The position numbers and the translations under genes are program-made. Positions 1 to 10,072 of a stretch of 64,000 bases of DNA are shown here, in pieces. Under the pieces are notes generated by a model. That model made no database searches. It saw nothing but the letters and a program-made list of their open reading frames with translations, and was not told the DNA's origin. Location: the NCBI GenBank assembly GCA_963777155.1, contig CAVZPM010000001.1, positions 172,481 to 236,480 of the forward strand, given 5' to 3'. The DNA comes from Candidatus Bathyarchaeota archaeon. GTDB lineage: Archaea; Thermoproteota; Bathyarchaeia; Bathyarchaeales; Bathycorpusculaceae. Position 1 is the first letter of the stretch; every line of letters starts with the position of its first letter.

Positions 1-1225
1 CTTTCCTCTTTGCTTGCTCAGTTATGGATGGGGTGGCTTCAAAATCAACTTCTACAGAATCGTTGGTGAAGTTTTCTTTTTGGATGTGGGCTTTTTGGTG
101 AACCCATGATATGAATGGCATGGTTTGGGGTGTTAATGGAACGACAAATTTGGCTTGCTGATAGTTTTCAAGGATTCTTAGAATTTGTTTTCTTAGCTCA
201 TCAAGGTTTGTTTGGCATTTAGCGGATAGTAAGATTGGGTTTTTGACTTTGTCTTTTAGGGCTTCAAGTTTTTGTTGCCGCTCTTCCGGGGTTAGTTTGT
301 CAATTTTGTTTAAGGCAGTTATGGTGGGTATGCCACAGGCTCCAAGCCGTTCTATTGTTTCTAGACAAACGTTGTTTTTCTTCTCGATTGTTTCTAAAGG
401 TTCGTTTAAGTCTACAAGAAGTATTATCAGGTCAGAAAAGATAGTTTCTTCAAGGGTTGAATGAAACGCTTCTATAAGTGCGAGGGGTAAGCGGTCGATG
501 AAGCCGACGGTGTCGGTTATTAGGAATTTGCGGTTAGAAAACTCTACCATGCGCGTCGTTGTTGAAAGTGTTGTAAATAAGGCGTTGTCCACTTCGACTG
601 TGTCTTGGGTTAAGGCGTTGAAGAGGGAGCTTTTTCCAGCGTTAGTGTATCCTGCAAGCGAAATAGTGAGAAAACCAAGCTCGGTTCTTCTCTCCCTTTG
701 AAGAACCCTTTTTTCTCGTACTCTCTGGAGCTTTTTGAGTATGGTTTGAACTTGGCGTTTTATGGCATCGCGGTAAACGTCTGCTTCGTAAGCTCCTAAA
801 CCCATGAAGCCCGGTTGTTCGCTTCCTTTGGATAAACGCACTTTTTCCCGTGCATGTTTGAGTTCATTTCGCACCATCGCGAGCTGGATTTGCAGTTGCG
901 CCTCAGTTGTGGTGGCTCTTTTGTTAAATAGTTCTAAAATGAGTGCAAAGCGGTCGATGACTTCGACTTTTGTAGCTTTTGCGAGGTTGTATGTTTGTAT
1001 TGTGCGGAGTTGATTGTCAAAAATTACTTTGCCAGCACCCGTTTCCGAGACCATTCGGGCAAGTTCTTCAACTTTACCCGCGCCAATCTGGTAGCGTGAG
1101 TCAGGTGGACGCGTTTGCTCCATAGAGCCGACAATGGTGTAGCCAGCGGCCTGCGCTAATGCTTTAAGTTCATCTAAACTCGATTCTTCACGGTTTAGGC
1201 GGCGTTGCGCTATGATGGCTTTCGT
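1..1225 (-). CDS. hflX: GTPase HflX (3' end runs off the window; start codon unresolved)
   Basis: Manual minus-strand translation: KAIIAQRR..SLDELKALAQAAGY N-terminus, G1 LAGYTNAGKSSLFN, G3 DTVGF, G4 NKID. The frame is open at position 1, so it is absent from the ORF track. Confidence 0.93.
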
Positions 1226-1779
1226 TTTTTGGGCGCCTCCCCACTTTTCTCCTTGAACTCGACGAGGTCACCTAAAGTCATCTCTTCATTTCCCACCCTG
1301 TGAACCTGAGTAGTAGATTTTTCTTCAGCAATAGGCACCATCAACTGGATTCTGAGGGCATGCTCAAGTTTGCTAGCTAGCAAGTTATTGGGAGCGACTC
1401 TGCCAGTTTCAATGTGTCTGAGTAATGAAGCTTTTTCGTTGATTTTTTTGCCTAAATCCTCGTGGCTTAGGGCAAGTTTTTCTCTTGCGACTCGAATCTT
1501 GCCCGCGTACCCTTCGGTGAGTTCCGTGGATAGTTTCACTTGGGCAACGGGCGGTTTTTTCTGAAGGGTTGGTATGTGTATTGTTGATTTGGTTGAAGAT
1601 GAGGCTGGATGAGTGAATCCGGTGGCGGTGGTTTTCTGCGGAGCAGGGAAATCCGCTACTTCATGAAGGATAACTTTTCCATGTTTGGAACATTCTAAAC
1701 AAACGGTTAATCTGGCTCCTTCGATAACTGCCTTTACTGGTTCATCGTGGATTTTGCGTCCGCACACTTCACATCTCAA
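1210..1779 (-). CDS. mbf1: Archaeal multiprotein bridging factor aMBF1 (Zn ribbon + Cro-like HTH)
   Basis: CEVCG..CLECSKHG zinc ribbon; C-terminal HTH (AREKLALSHEDLGKKINEKASLLRHIETG); TLGD motif; adjacent to hflX. Confidence 0.92.
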   Translation of the reverse strand: MRCEVCGRKIHDEPVKAVIEGARLTVCLECSKHGKVILHEVADFPAPQKTTATGFTHPASSSTKSTIHIPTLQKKPPVAQVKLSTELTEGYAGKIRVAREKLALSHEDLGKKINEKASLLRHIETGRVAPNNLLASKLEHALRIQLMVPIAEEKSTTQVHRVGNEEMTLGDLVEFKEKSGEAPKKRKPS

Positions 1780-1861
1780 GAAACGTTCACCTTTTAACTG
1801 TCTTTATAATCTTGATATGTTTATACTTGTCGAAACAACACACCCTGAACGATGATGACGC

Positions 1862-2329
1862 ATGGAAAACAACTTGGGCAAAGTTAGAAGCATAGCTGAC
1901 TACCAATTTGGAAAAGGCGTAGGTGCACAGCTGTTTCCGGATAACATAGAAATCCAGTATTCGCCAAGAACAGGCAGAATACGCTACATCACCCTAAACG
2001 GGGAACGGTTAGCTACCCTGCGTCCAACAGATGGGTTGCTTTCTCTTAGCCTAAAAGCTGCAGAGTTCATGGCTCACAACACACCCTTTGCCAAATGTTT
2101 TGTCACCGTGCAAAACGGCGTTTCCAAGTACATTGCTGAAGGAGGAGATGTTTTTGCCGTTCACGTTGTTAAGGTTGACGAGGAAATTGGCGCCAAAGAT
2201 GAAGTCATCGCCATCGACGAAAACGGACAGGTTCTGGCGGTTGGACGTGCTACCCTTTCAAGTCGAGAAATGAAGGCTTTTAAAACAGGCGTAGCCGTCA
2301 AGACCAGACACGGCATTAAGGAAAGTTAA
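1862..2329 (+). CDS. PUA-domain protein (C2+PUA part of a split archaeosine tRNA-guanine transglycosylase-like protein)
   Basis: ADYQFGKG..SPRTGRIRYI..LATLRPTDG, then PUA domain GGDVFAVHV..DEV..LAVGRA..GVAVKTRHG. Confidence 0.8.
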   Translation: MENNLGKVRSIADYQFGKGVGAQLFPDNIEIQYSPRTGRIRYITLNGERLATLRPTDGLLSLSLKAAEFMAHNTPFAKCFVTVQNGVSKYIAEGGDVFAVHVVKVDEEIGAKDEVIAIDENGQVLAVGRATLSSREMKAFKTGVAVKTRHGIKES

Positions 2330-2467
2330 GTTTGAAAGCTGTTCTTTTTGATTTCAATACAATAGGGTAATTCACTTCCTAAGTGGGCTGATGCGTTCGT
2401 CCTGAATCAAATCTGGGTAGATTTTAAATAGATAGAATAATGGACTATACAATTAGGGTTGAAGATT

Positions 2468-2800
2468 ATGCTGTTTAAGCATAAGAGCGTTGTAAAAGTG
2501 GACATGGGAGATTTGGACGCTGAGAAAACGAACCTAGCAAATTTCTTGAACAGCCAATTCAAGCTGAATTCATCGATAACTTCTAGAGGCTTGGAACTAA
2601 ATATGGACGATGCCCAGACTTATGCATTGGTAACAATGGTAAAGAAATTTATTTATCACAAGAATCTAAACACCACGCATTGGGTTAATGCGGAAAATAA
2701 CGTCGTCAAAATCAATAGGTTCAAGGGCACCGCTAAGAAAAAAGAAAAACACGACAAAGGCGCATCCCATCAGAGCATTTCACAAACCTGGGGACTATAG
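2468..2800 (+). CDS. Basic small protein resembling ribosomal protein eL22 (L22e-like, divergent)
   Basis: Pattern V.VD...LANFL...KKFIYHKNLNTTHWV resembles eL22 (..NFEQFL...KKYLKKNNLRDWLRV); Lys-rich tail. Judged by eye only. Confidence 0.45.
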   Translation: MLFKHKSVVKVDMGDLDAEKTNLANFLNSQFKLNSSITSRGLELNMDDAQTYALVTMVKKFIYHKNLNTTHWVNAENNVVKINRFKGTAKKKEKHDKGASHQSISQTWGL

Positions 2801-2888
2801 AACACAATTAATGTTACATTCTCTTAGGTGTAAATGAATCCCGACCGAGTGGAGACATAATCCGAATTTCCATTTTTCTCGCTGAGTG

Positions 2889-4351
2889 TTAAGCCTTTCT
2901 TTCTCGTCGTCTTTTTTTAAGAACAAATAAAATCGCACCTGTTGACGCGAAAGCAACAGCTATTATGATTGCATAAAGGAGCGGTGAATTTTCTAAAGAC
3001 GGATGGTTTTGGCGTTGATGTTCCTTGCTGCGAAGGCGAAGAAAGCGGTGATTGACTTGGAATTGGACTTGAAGGAGGGCTGGGCGTAGGAGTAGGTGTT
3101 GACGAGGAGGGTTGCGTTGGGTTTGGCGAAGGGGTTGAAGATGGGTTTGGAGAAGGAGACTCTGGAACAACATTGGCCCTAAGAACATAGATTTTTCCGT
3201 CAAGAGAACAGAAGTAAAGCTCTTTATTCTCATCTACTCCGAACGAAGAAATATTGAGATTCGTATCAGACAATAAAGTATTCACAGGCATTGCAACTCC
3301 ATCGTACTGGAGCGCCCAAACCTTGCCCGACCCGTAATCGCCATAGATATACTTAGAGTTGAGCTCTGGCAAAGTTGAGCCATGGTACACGTAGCCACCG
3401 ATAACGGCAATGCCTTCCGCGTGACTGTACTCCCACACAGGCAATTCCAGTCCAACCTGACTTCCACTGGAATAAGTTAAAGTGCCTTCCATAATGTTCC
3501 AACCATAGTTCTTGCCCTTTCCCACGATGTCTATTTCCTCCATCTGGTCTTGCCCAACATCTGCAACCCAAAGCCTTCCAGTCGGTGAATCGAAGCTAAA
3601 TCGCCAGGGGTTGCGGAAACCGTAAGCATAAATCTCCTCTTTGTACCCTAAAGCGTTGCCAAAATAGGGGTTGTCTGCAGGTATGCTGTAGTTTCGTCCT
3701 TGTGAAGGCGAATCAACGTTTATGCGCAAGATTTTGCCCAAAAGCGTCGAGCGGTTCTGAGCGTTTCCAAAGGGGTCGCCACCTGAACCGCCATCACCTA
3801 ACCCTATGTAGAGGTATCCGTCGTCTCCAAAAGCAATTTGGCCGCCTTTATGGTTAGAAAAGGGTTGATTTACCTCAAGCAGGACTAATTCGCTATTGCT
3901 CAATGCTTGGTTAGGATTGTTTGGGGAGACTGTGTATCTGGCAATAACTGTTCGACGTGGATTATCGGCAACATAGTCAACATAGAAATATCCATTTTCC
4001 TTGTAGTTAGGGTGGAAGGCAAGACCTAAAAGTCCTTGTTCGCCGCCAAACAAAACCTGAGTGCTTATGTCGAGAAAAACAGTTGATTCTGCAACGGTTT
4101 GGGAGTTCTCAAACACACGAATAACCCCTGCCTGCTCAATCACAAAAAGCCTATTTGTTCCATCACCGGGGGAAACTATTCCGACTGGCTGGTTAAAGAC
4201 CAGTTTGGGGAAGGCCAAATCAGCCGAGTACGAGCTTTGATTTTGTCCCGAAAGGTTAGGAATCTTCCAAGAAAGAAAAAGGGCGCCAAAGCTCAAAACT
4301 ACAATGAGGAATATGGCAAAACCGAGACGATTCCGAGTGATATTTTTTCAT
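2889..4351 (-). CDS. Membrane-anchored PQQ-dependent sugar dehydrogenase (GSDH family), split by two apparent +1 indels
   Basis: GEQGLLGLAFHP, NHKGGQIAFGDDGYLYIGLGDGG, YGFRNPWRFSFD. A Pro/Ser/Thr linker leads to a TM helix and KKRRR tail in the neighbouring frame (2889-3000). The ATG at 4351 is one base out of frame across an A6 run. Confidence 0.85.
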
Positions 4352-4580
4352 CTCTAAATAATTTATGAAAAGAGCATTACTTGAAGATTCCGAAGACGCT
4401 GCAACCACATTTCCCTTACTTTTATTCATATCATATGTCCGAGTAACTTTTTTTCAAGTTGAGTTTTGTGGGTCCAGCGATGTATTTTCAATTACTTTGT
4501 TTTGACTAAAATCAAAAGAACTCGTTGGGAAAGTTAAGTATATCAAGTTCTAGAGCAGAATAACTGTAGGTGTAATCTTT

Positions 4581-4950
4581 ATGCATAGACGCATGAATCC
4601 TCGAGAGCAAAAACGCATGATGCAACGGATGGGCATGAACATGGATTCCGTTGCCGATGTCCAGCAAGTCATCATTCGAACAGCCGACAAAGACATAGTT
4701 ATCGACGAGCCTGAAGTGGCTATTCTGCAGGTTCAGGGACAAAAAATGTACCAAGTCATAGGTGGACAAGTCAGCGAACAAGCCCCCTCACAACGAGGAG
4801 CAACCTGCAGCAGCCGCTAAACCCACCTTCAACGAAGAAGACGTGCAACTCGTCGCAGACCAAACCGGCAAAAGCCTCGAGAAAGCCAAAGAAGCCCTCC
4901 AAGAATGCGGAGGCGACTTGGCAAAAGCAATTCTGCTGCTTCAGTCCTAA
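4581..4950 (+). CDS. nac: Nascent polypeptide-associated complex protein (joined across a frameshift near 4803)
   Basis: [18 protein letters not shown] domain, plus UBA-like [20 protein letters not shown] in the +1 frame. Confidence 0.92.
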
Positions 4951-5005
4951 ATCTTCTTTTTGATTTCCAACCTATTTACCTCTTGCTAGAGACACTTGTT
5001 CTTGG

Positions 5006-5082
5006 TTAGTCAAGTAACCTGTCAAATAGTGTTCCAGTTTGGAACAACCCACTTGTTGATTGTTCCTTGAATAGAACTATAA
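5006..5082. promoter_or_regulatory. Composite palindromic module A at the start of the surface-protein array
   Basis: TTAGTCAAGTAACCTGTC (5006-5023), perfect inverted repeat TGTTCCA-GTT-TGGAACA (5030-5046), then TGTTCCTTGAATAGAACTATAA (5061-5082) including a TATA-like box. Confidence 0.7.
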
Positions 5083-5118
5083 GCTGTTGCCTCTGTTAAT
5101 TATTTAGATGATAGGAAA

Positions 5119-6258
5119 ATGCAAAAAATAAGCCTTAGCTTTGCTATACTAACTTCTGTTTTAGTGATAATTTTCTTAATGGAACCTATAGCTCAAGTTA
5201 GAGTAGCAGATGCTAATCCTACTTGGGGAACGTCTGCAACTCCAATACCACCCATCACAGACCCTCCTCAAATAATCATTAACTCCCCAAGCCCCACAGA
5301 ATACAACAATCCAGTTGCATTGAACATAACAATAATTCAACCAGACTCATGGGTAAGCAAAACTAGCTTTGCTCTACCAAATGGATGGGTAGATAATTCG
5401 GATAGCGTAGTTGTTGGACAAAATACGTTAAGGTCAATAACTTGCATTATTGATGGGCAATCAATCATCTTCTGGAAGGGCACACCCGTTGGCTATGGAA
5501 TTACCTATTATTTACCTAAAGTTACACAGTTTTCAGCTGTTATGAATTTAAGCAAAGGAGAACACAGCTTGCAAGTAAACGTTTTCGCAGAGTCAGCGTG
5601 GGTTACAGAAGGCATTATCCCATTCGCAGAAAGAACTTATCTCATTTCAGCTAACCAAAGTACAACGTTTAGAGTTGAAGACGGTTCAGAGGCTCCAATG
5701 ATATACGATATAAGAAGTTCCTATGTAATTTGGCAAGCATCCTCTGCCTCAATGCCTTCACCCACTTCAGCTCCTCCTCAACCTCTAAGTCCACAACAAA
5801 ATCCAACAACTGCCTTGTCCTTTACACCTTTCATTGTTTCGCCTAAGAATCAAACAACCTACAGTACTAATCAAGTGCCGTTAATTTACACGATTGGCAG
5901 CGATGTTCTCTGGTCTTACTATTCTTTGGATATAGGAAATAATTCTGCTTTGCGAAATTTTAATGGCAACATTACCTTAACTGACCTTTCTGAAGGTCAA
6001 CATGAGCTAATGGTGGCTGTGACAACAAAATCAAGCTATTTTTACGACCAACCAACCCAAACTATACAAACAATTTTGTTTTTTGTAAACACCACAAACC
6101 CATCGTCTATCCTTATATCTACTCCCACTACCGAGCCATTCCCAGTTCCAACACAGATTCCAGAGTTTTCATGGTTGATGATTCTGCCCCTATTCCTTTC
6201 AATACTCTTTATTGTAGTCCTACTTAGAAATAGAAAGTTGGGTTGTGGCTATGATTAA
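5119..6258 (+). CDS. Surface protein 1: signal peptide, two Ig-like domains, PEF-CTERM-like anchor
   Basis: Signal ending VADA/NP; LSKGEHSLQV and LSEGQHELMV motifs; TEPFP..IPEFS + TM + RNRK; many N-x-S/T sequons. Confidence 0.8.
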   Translation: MQKISLSFAILTSVLVIIFLMEPIAQVRVADANPTWGTSATPIPPITDPPQIIINSPSPTEYNNPVALNITIIQPDSWVSKTSFALPNGWVDNSDSVVVGQNTLRSITCIIDGQSIIFWKGTPVGYGITYYLPKVTQFSAVMNLSKGEHSLQVNVFAESAWVTEGIIPFAERTYLISANQSTTFRVEDGSEAPMIYDIRSSYVIWQASSASMPSPTSAPPQPLSPQQNPTTALSFTPFIVSPKNQTTYSTNQVPLIYTIGSDVLWSYYSLDIGNNSALRNFNGNITLTDLSEGQHELMVAVTTKSSYFYDQPTQTIQTILFFVNTTNPSSILISTPTTEPFPVPTQIPEFSWLMILPLFLSILFIVVLLRNRKLGCGYD

Positions 6259-6925
6259 AATATCCTTCATAGCGATATTCACTATCTTTCTATTGGTTCT
6301 TTCAACATTAAGTGCCAAACAGTATGAAGCGGTTAAGGCTAATCCCATTTCTGTGAGTGTTCCAGATAACCCTGATACTAATCAACCAATAATAACAGTA
6401 AACAACCCAAAAAATGACATTAACTTGAATATTACTTGCTTTACTCTAACCTTCACTGTAAAAAAGCCATCTTCTTGGTTTAGCTTCTATCCCGTTCATG
6501 GCGATTTGATTTCAATTAGCTATCTTCTTGACGGAGAAAAGACTGATGTTGCAAGTAGCGACTTGGATACTGATCATTATAGCTCAAAACCATTAACGTT
6601 CACTGAAACTATTTCTGAGTTGTCTGAGGGTAACCACAGTTTACAAGTTTATGTACGTTCAGTTAGTTACTATCTTGACCCAAATAGACCAGCTGAAAAT
6701 TCCACTTATGGTTGGTGGATGTATCCACCAGCTAATAATTTCATGGATACCTATTCAAATATTAATTTCACCGTAAACACAATCCATAACTCACCAACGG
6801 TTCCTTCAACTCCTACAATTCCAGAATTTTCTGTACCCTTAGACATCACATTTCTTGTTTTAGTAGCAGTGGCACTTGCAGTTTTAGTCAAGAGAAAGAA
6901 TAAGTTAAGTGGTAGCTTTGATTAA
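6245..6925 (+). CDS. Surface protein 2: Ig-like domain, PEF-CTERM-like anchor
   Basis: VKA/NP signal end; LSEGNHSLQV; TPTIPEFS + TM + KRKNK. Confidence 0.8.
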   Translation: MAMIKISFIAIFTIFLLVLSTLSAKQYEAVKANPISVSVPDNPDTNQPIITVNNPKNDINLNITCFTLTFTVKKPSSWFSFYPVHGDLISISYLLDGEKTDVASSDLDTDHYSSKPLTFTETISELSEGNHSLQVYVRSVSYYLDPNRPAENSTYGWWMYPPANNFMDTYSNINFTVNTIHNSPTVPSTPTIPEFSVPLDITFLVLVAVALAVLVKRKNKLSGSFD

Positions 6926-7535
6926 GAAATCATTCATAACAACGATTAGTATTTTATTGCTGGTGATTTCAATATTAAGTTCGATGCAGGTTGAGGTTGT
7001 AGATGCTAATCCTCTCCCTTGGATATTTGACCCCAAGATGACTGTTACCATTAAATCTCCAGCGAATGGGTCAGTTAATTTTCTGCCTGTTTCAGTAAGT
7101 TTTGCATCTCACGCTGACAACCAATTTTCTGTCTCTGATGACTACACAGATGAGTGGGTTAGGTCATTCTTCTACGTTTTAGATGGGCAAGATATGGGGA
7201 CTAAGGGCACGCGGTTTGAAGGAACAAAAACTACAACAATCTCTGAAAAAGGTATAGAAAATGGTTATCGTTTTGATGGGCAAGCATATATAGCAAATTT
7301 AGCTGATGGGCCTCATAACATTACAGTCTATTATGGTGCAGTCAACAGAATTGGTAATGTTGGCACTCCAGAAGAACGAATAATTATTAATCCAACTTGG
7401 CAAGCTACTTCCCAATTCTATGTTATGAGTAGTCTTCCCTATATCATCGGAATAGTTGCTGTTGTGATTTTAGTCATTGTGGGCTTATTAGTTTACTTCA
7501 AGAAATACAAACACAACTTAATCAAGAAACTTTGA
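6909..7535 (+). CDS. Surface protein 3: Ig-like domain, C-terminal TM anchor
   Basis: VDA/NP; LADGPHNITVY; TM + KKYKHNLIKKL. Confidence 0.8.
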   Translation: MVALIKKSFITTISILLLVISILSSMQVEVVDANPLPWIFDPKMTVTIKSPANGSVNFLPVSVSFASHADNQFSVSDDYTDEWVRSFFYVLDGQDMGTKGTRFEGTKTTTISEKGIENGYRFDGQAYIANLADGPHNITVYYGAVNRIGNVGTPEERIIINPTWQATSQFYVMSSLPYIIGIVAVVILVIVGLLVYFKKYKHNLIKKL

Positions 7536-7575
7536 CTGTAAGAGTGTTCCATTTTGGAACATGAATAGAGATAAG
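7518..7575. promoter_or_regulatory. Composite palindromic module B
   Basis: TTAATCAA-GAAACT-TTGAC (7518-7536, contains the gene 3 stop), perfect inverted repeat TGTTCCA-TTT-TGGAACA (7545-7561), then TGAATAGAGATAAG; clearly homologous to module A. Confidence 0.7.
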
Positions 7576-7597
7576 TGCAAGCCTTTTGAAGAGTAAT

Positions 7598-8282
7598 ATG
7601 ATTGCTATGATTGGCAAATCAATAGCAAGAATTACATTCGCGTTGATACTCATTTTCTTATTAGCTGGACTACAATTTAGCAAGCCAGCAGAAGCTAATC
7701 CCTTTTGGATTTACCACTTAATTGAGCCAATTCCAGGTACAATCCCCCCAAAAATAATAATGTTTAGCCCGCAAAACAGCACAATATACCCTTCAGATAA
7801 TATTACAATCAGTTTTTATGTAGACAAACCCAAACTAGAAAATGCATGAATCATCCATAATTAACATTACTTATACATTGGATGATAAAACAGTCCAAGC
7901 CTTCACAATTTGGAAAAATGGAGGCGCTGGGTCAGATTCAGGGGTTCCAAACTTTAACACCTCTTTTACCTCACCCCCGTTATCCACAGGAAATCACAAC
8001 TTAACTGTGTATGCTGAAGGCGTGTTATTTGCTGGTGATTTAGCCATTTTCTTCATGAATAGTTTCTCAACAATCTTTTTTACCATGGGCATTTCATCTT
8101 TAGAGCCAAGTCCTGCTCCCACAACTAGCTCATTTATACCAACACCTACACCTATTGGATTAGTAAGTACTGATTCAAGCACTCTGGCTAACTTAGAATT
8201 AATCATGGCAGTAATAGTTGTTGCATGTGTATGCTTGATCGTAGGTTTATTGTTAAAAAGAAAACATGAAGTGAAGAGATAG
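7598..8282 (+). CDS. Surface protein 4: Ig-like domain, TM anchor (joined across a frameshift near 7840)
   Basis: AEA/NP signal; LSTGNHNLTVYA; Pro/Thr linker; TM + KRKH. The two ORFs join by removing one base. Confidence 0.75.
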
Positions 8283-8288
8283 GAATTG

Positions 8289-9107
8289 ATGAAAAAAGAA
8301 ATTGTAATAACGCTCACACTGGCACTTTTAATTTCAACATTGTCGGGTTCTTTGTTTTTTGAACCAGCAATGGCTAATCCTGAAGGCTCAATTCCAACTC
8401 TCTCTATGCCAGTAGAATACATCAACTATACCATAACAAGCATAAACGGCACGTTGTGGGCAAAGATTGATGGAGACTACCCTATTTATCTTCTGAAACA
8501 ACCTGATTGTAGCTTTGCTGGTGACTTACCAATGGTTTACCCCATGCCTCCACAAACAACCAACATAAGAGTAAGCTTAGATGGCAAAGAAATGAGTTGG
8601 AGCAACTATACCCAAAGTTATGCTGAAGCTCTGCACCATACTGCTATAGGTGACTGGTGGATGATTTATGCCAATCTTGAGAATGTCTCAGACTATTTTG
8701 AACTGAGAATTCACTATGAGCATCCACTTGAAATGGTCAATGGGTCTTATCTTTTCCTCTATGACCTAAACATAAGCCCATACCTGACATTGCAGAGTAA
8801 TAACTCAACAGCATATTTTAAAGTGTACATGGAGACTAACTTCGCAAGCCTAAAAGCTTATACCACACAGACCGACATCAAATGGAACCCAGAGAATTTT
8901 ACTCTAACAAAAAATGGCTCAACAGAAGTTGTTTCAGTACAGATGTATTCTGAATATGGAAAGCCTTTGGCAGGTGATTTAGTGGTAGAATTCTCTCAAA
9001 ACAGACAGGTTAGCGAGTTTCCCCTATGGACTTTGACTGCAATTTCAATAGGCGCATTATTGGGTGCTTTGCTATACAAGAGAAAAACTGCAAAACAATT
9101 CTACTAA
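8289..9107 (+). CDS. Surface protein 5 (different ectodomain), SEF/PEF-like anchor
   Basis: AMA/NP signal; QVSEFP + TM + KRK. Confidence 0.78.
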   Translation: MKKEIVITLTLALLISTLSGSLFFEPAMANPEGSIPTLSMPVEYINYTITSINGTLWAKIDGDYPIYLLKQPDCSFAGDLPMVYPMPPQTTNIRVSLDGKEMSWSNYTQSYAEALHHTAIGDWWMIYANLENVSDYFELRIHYEHPLEMVNGSYLFLYDLNISPYLTLQSNNSTAYFKVYMETNFASLKAYTTQTDIKWNPENFTLTKNGSTEVVSVQMYSEYGKPLAGDLVVEFSQNRQVSEFPLWTLTAISIGALLGALLYKRKTAKQFY

Positions 9108-9145
9108 ACCAGTCAAACTCCGCTTTAGGTTGTAGCTGGACGGGA

Positions 9146-9180
9146 TTAGTCAACAATCTTTGACGAAAAGCCATATAAAA
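9146..9180. promoter_or_regulatory. Palindromic module C directly upstream of a BRE/TATA
   Basis: TTAGTCAA-CAATCT-TTGACGAA (9146-9167) followed by AAGCCATATAAAA. Confidence 0.6.
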
Positions 9181-9230
9181 TATCTGTAATCTATTTGCAC
9201 TTGTCTTATATCCTGAAAAGTTGTCTACAA

Positions 9231-10059
9231 ATGACACACCAGATAAAAAATAAAAAAATCTTCTTCACCATTATACTTGGTTTGATAGTGGCATCTGGAC
9301 AAATTTGCGTTGGGCATTCAGCGTCTTCTTCCAGATCAGAATAGGGCGTTAGCGTTCATTGAAAACGTACTTCCAATGGATATTTCCAAATTTAACATTG
9401 AGCTCAAAGTTGACAGCAATGCATCAGATATTTCTAAGGAACTTGGTACGCATGGCAACTTGACCAAAAACGATAGAGTGTTGATTTATTTTTTAGGCTC
9501 AATGGTTGGCACTGCGGACAGTTTGGACGTCATTTTTGTAATTCGTGACAATATTTTTTTCCAAGGTGTAGTGGATATTGATCATGCTCCCTCTTATGGT
9601 GAATTCGGCGACTCAACAAAGGTAGATGATGTCAAAGATTTTCTCCTAAATTACCAGAACTGGTCAGGGCTTGATTCAACAAAAATGGTGGAAATGTTGT
9701 CAAATATCGACTTAGCTCAAGACGTTAACATAAGTTCAGGGGATCTAACGATGACTATCCAAAATACCGATGTTTCAAATAATCTGATGGAGATCCGTTG
9801 GGCAAACGCCTCTAGTGGAGTTAACGTAGAGTTTGATGTTTCATTTAAGAAAGGGTTTCCAGTTAGCTTCTATGATGAGCGCCAGATTCTTTCAAGCACC
9901 CCCACATCAATGCCAACTATCAATACTGGTCCGGAACCACCGCAAACAGAGCCTTTTCCGACAACCTTTGCCGTGGCAACCATATTATTGGTGGCTGCTC
10001 TGGTTGCTGTCTTGCTGATTTACTTTATGAAACGCCGCCAAAAGGCTGCACAAGTATGA
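9231..10059 (+). CDS. Surface protein 6 with EPFP-type anchor (signal peptide joined across a frameshift near 9325)
   Basis: ATG 9231 gives signal MTHQIKNKKIFFTIILGLIVASG.., one base out of frame with ORF 9310; C-terminal TEPFPTT + TM + KRRQK. Confidence 0.72.
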
Positions 10060-10072
10060 TAGCTCCAATATC

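Noticed and set aside
1675-1692. TTTTCCA-TGTT-TGGAACA resembling the array motif
   Set aside because: Inside the mbf1 zinc-ribbon coding sequence with a different spacer; likely coincidental
2330-2458. Possible guide sRNA in the PUA-eL22-like gap
   Set aside because: Only partial box-like words (CTGATG, CTGA) with wrong spacing; cannot be supported
3030-3165. Tandem-repeat-like sequence
   Set aside because: Explained by the Pro/Ser/Thr linker of the dehydrogenase
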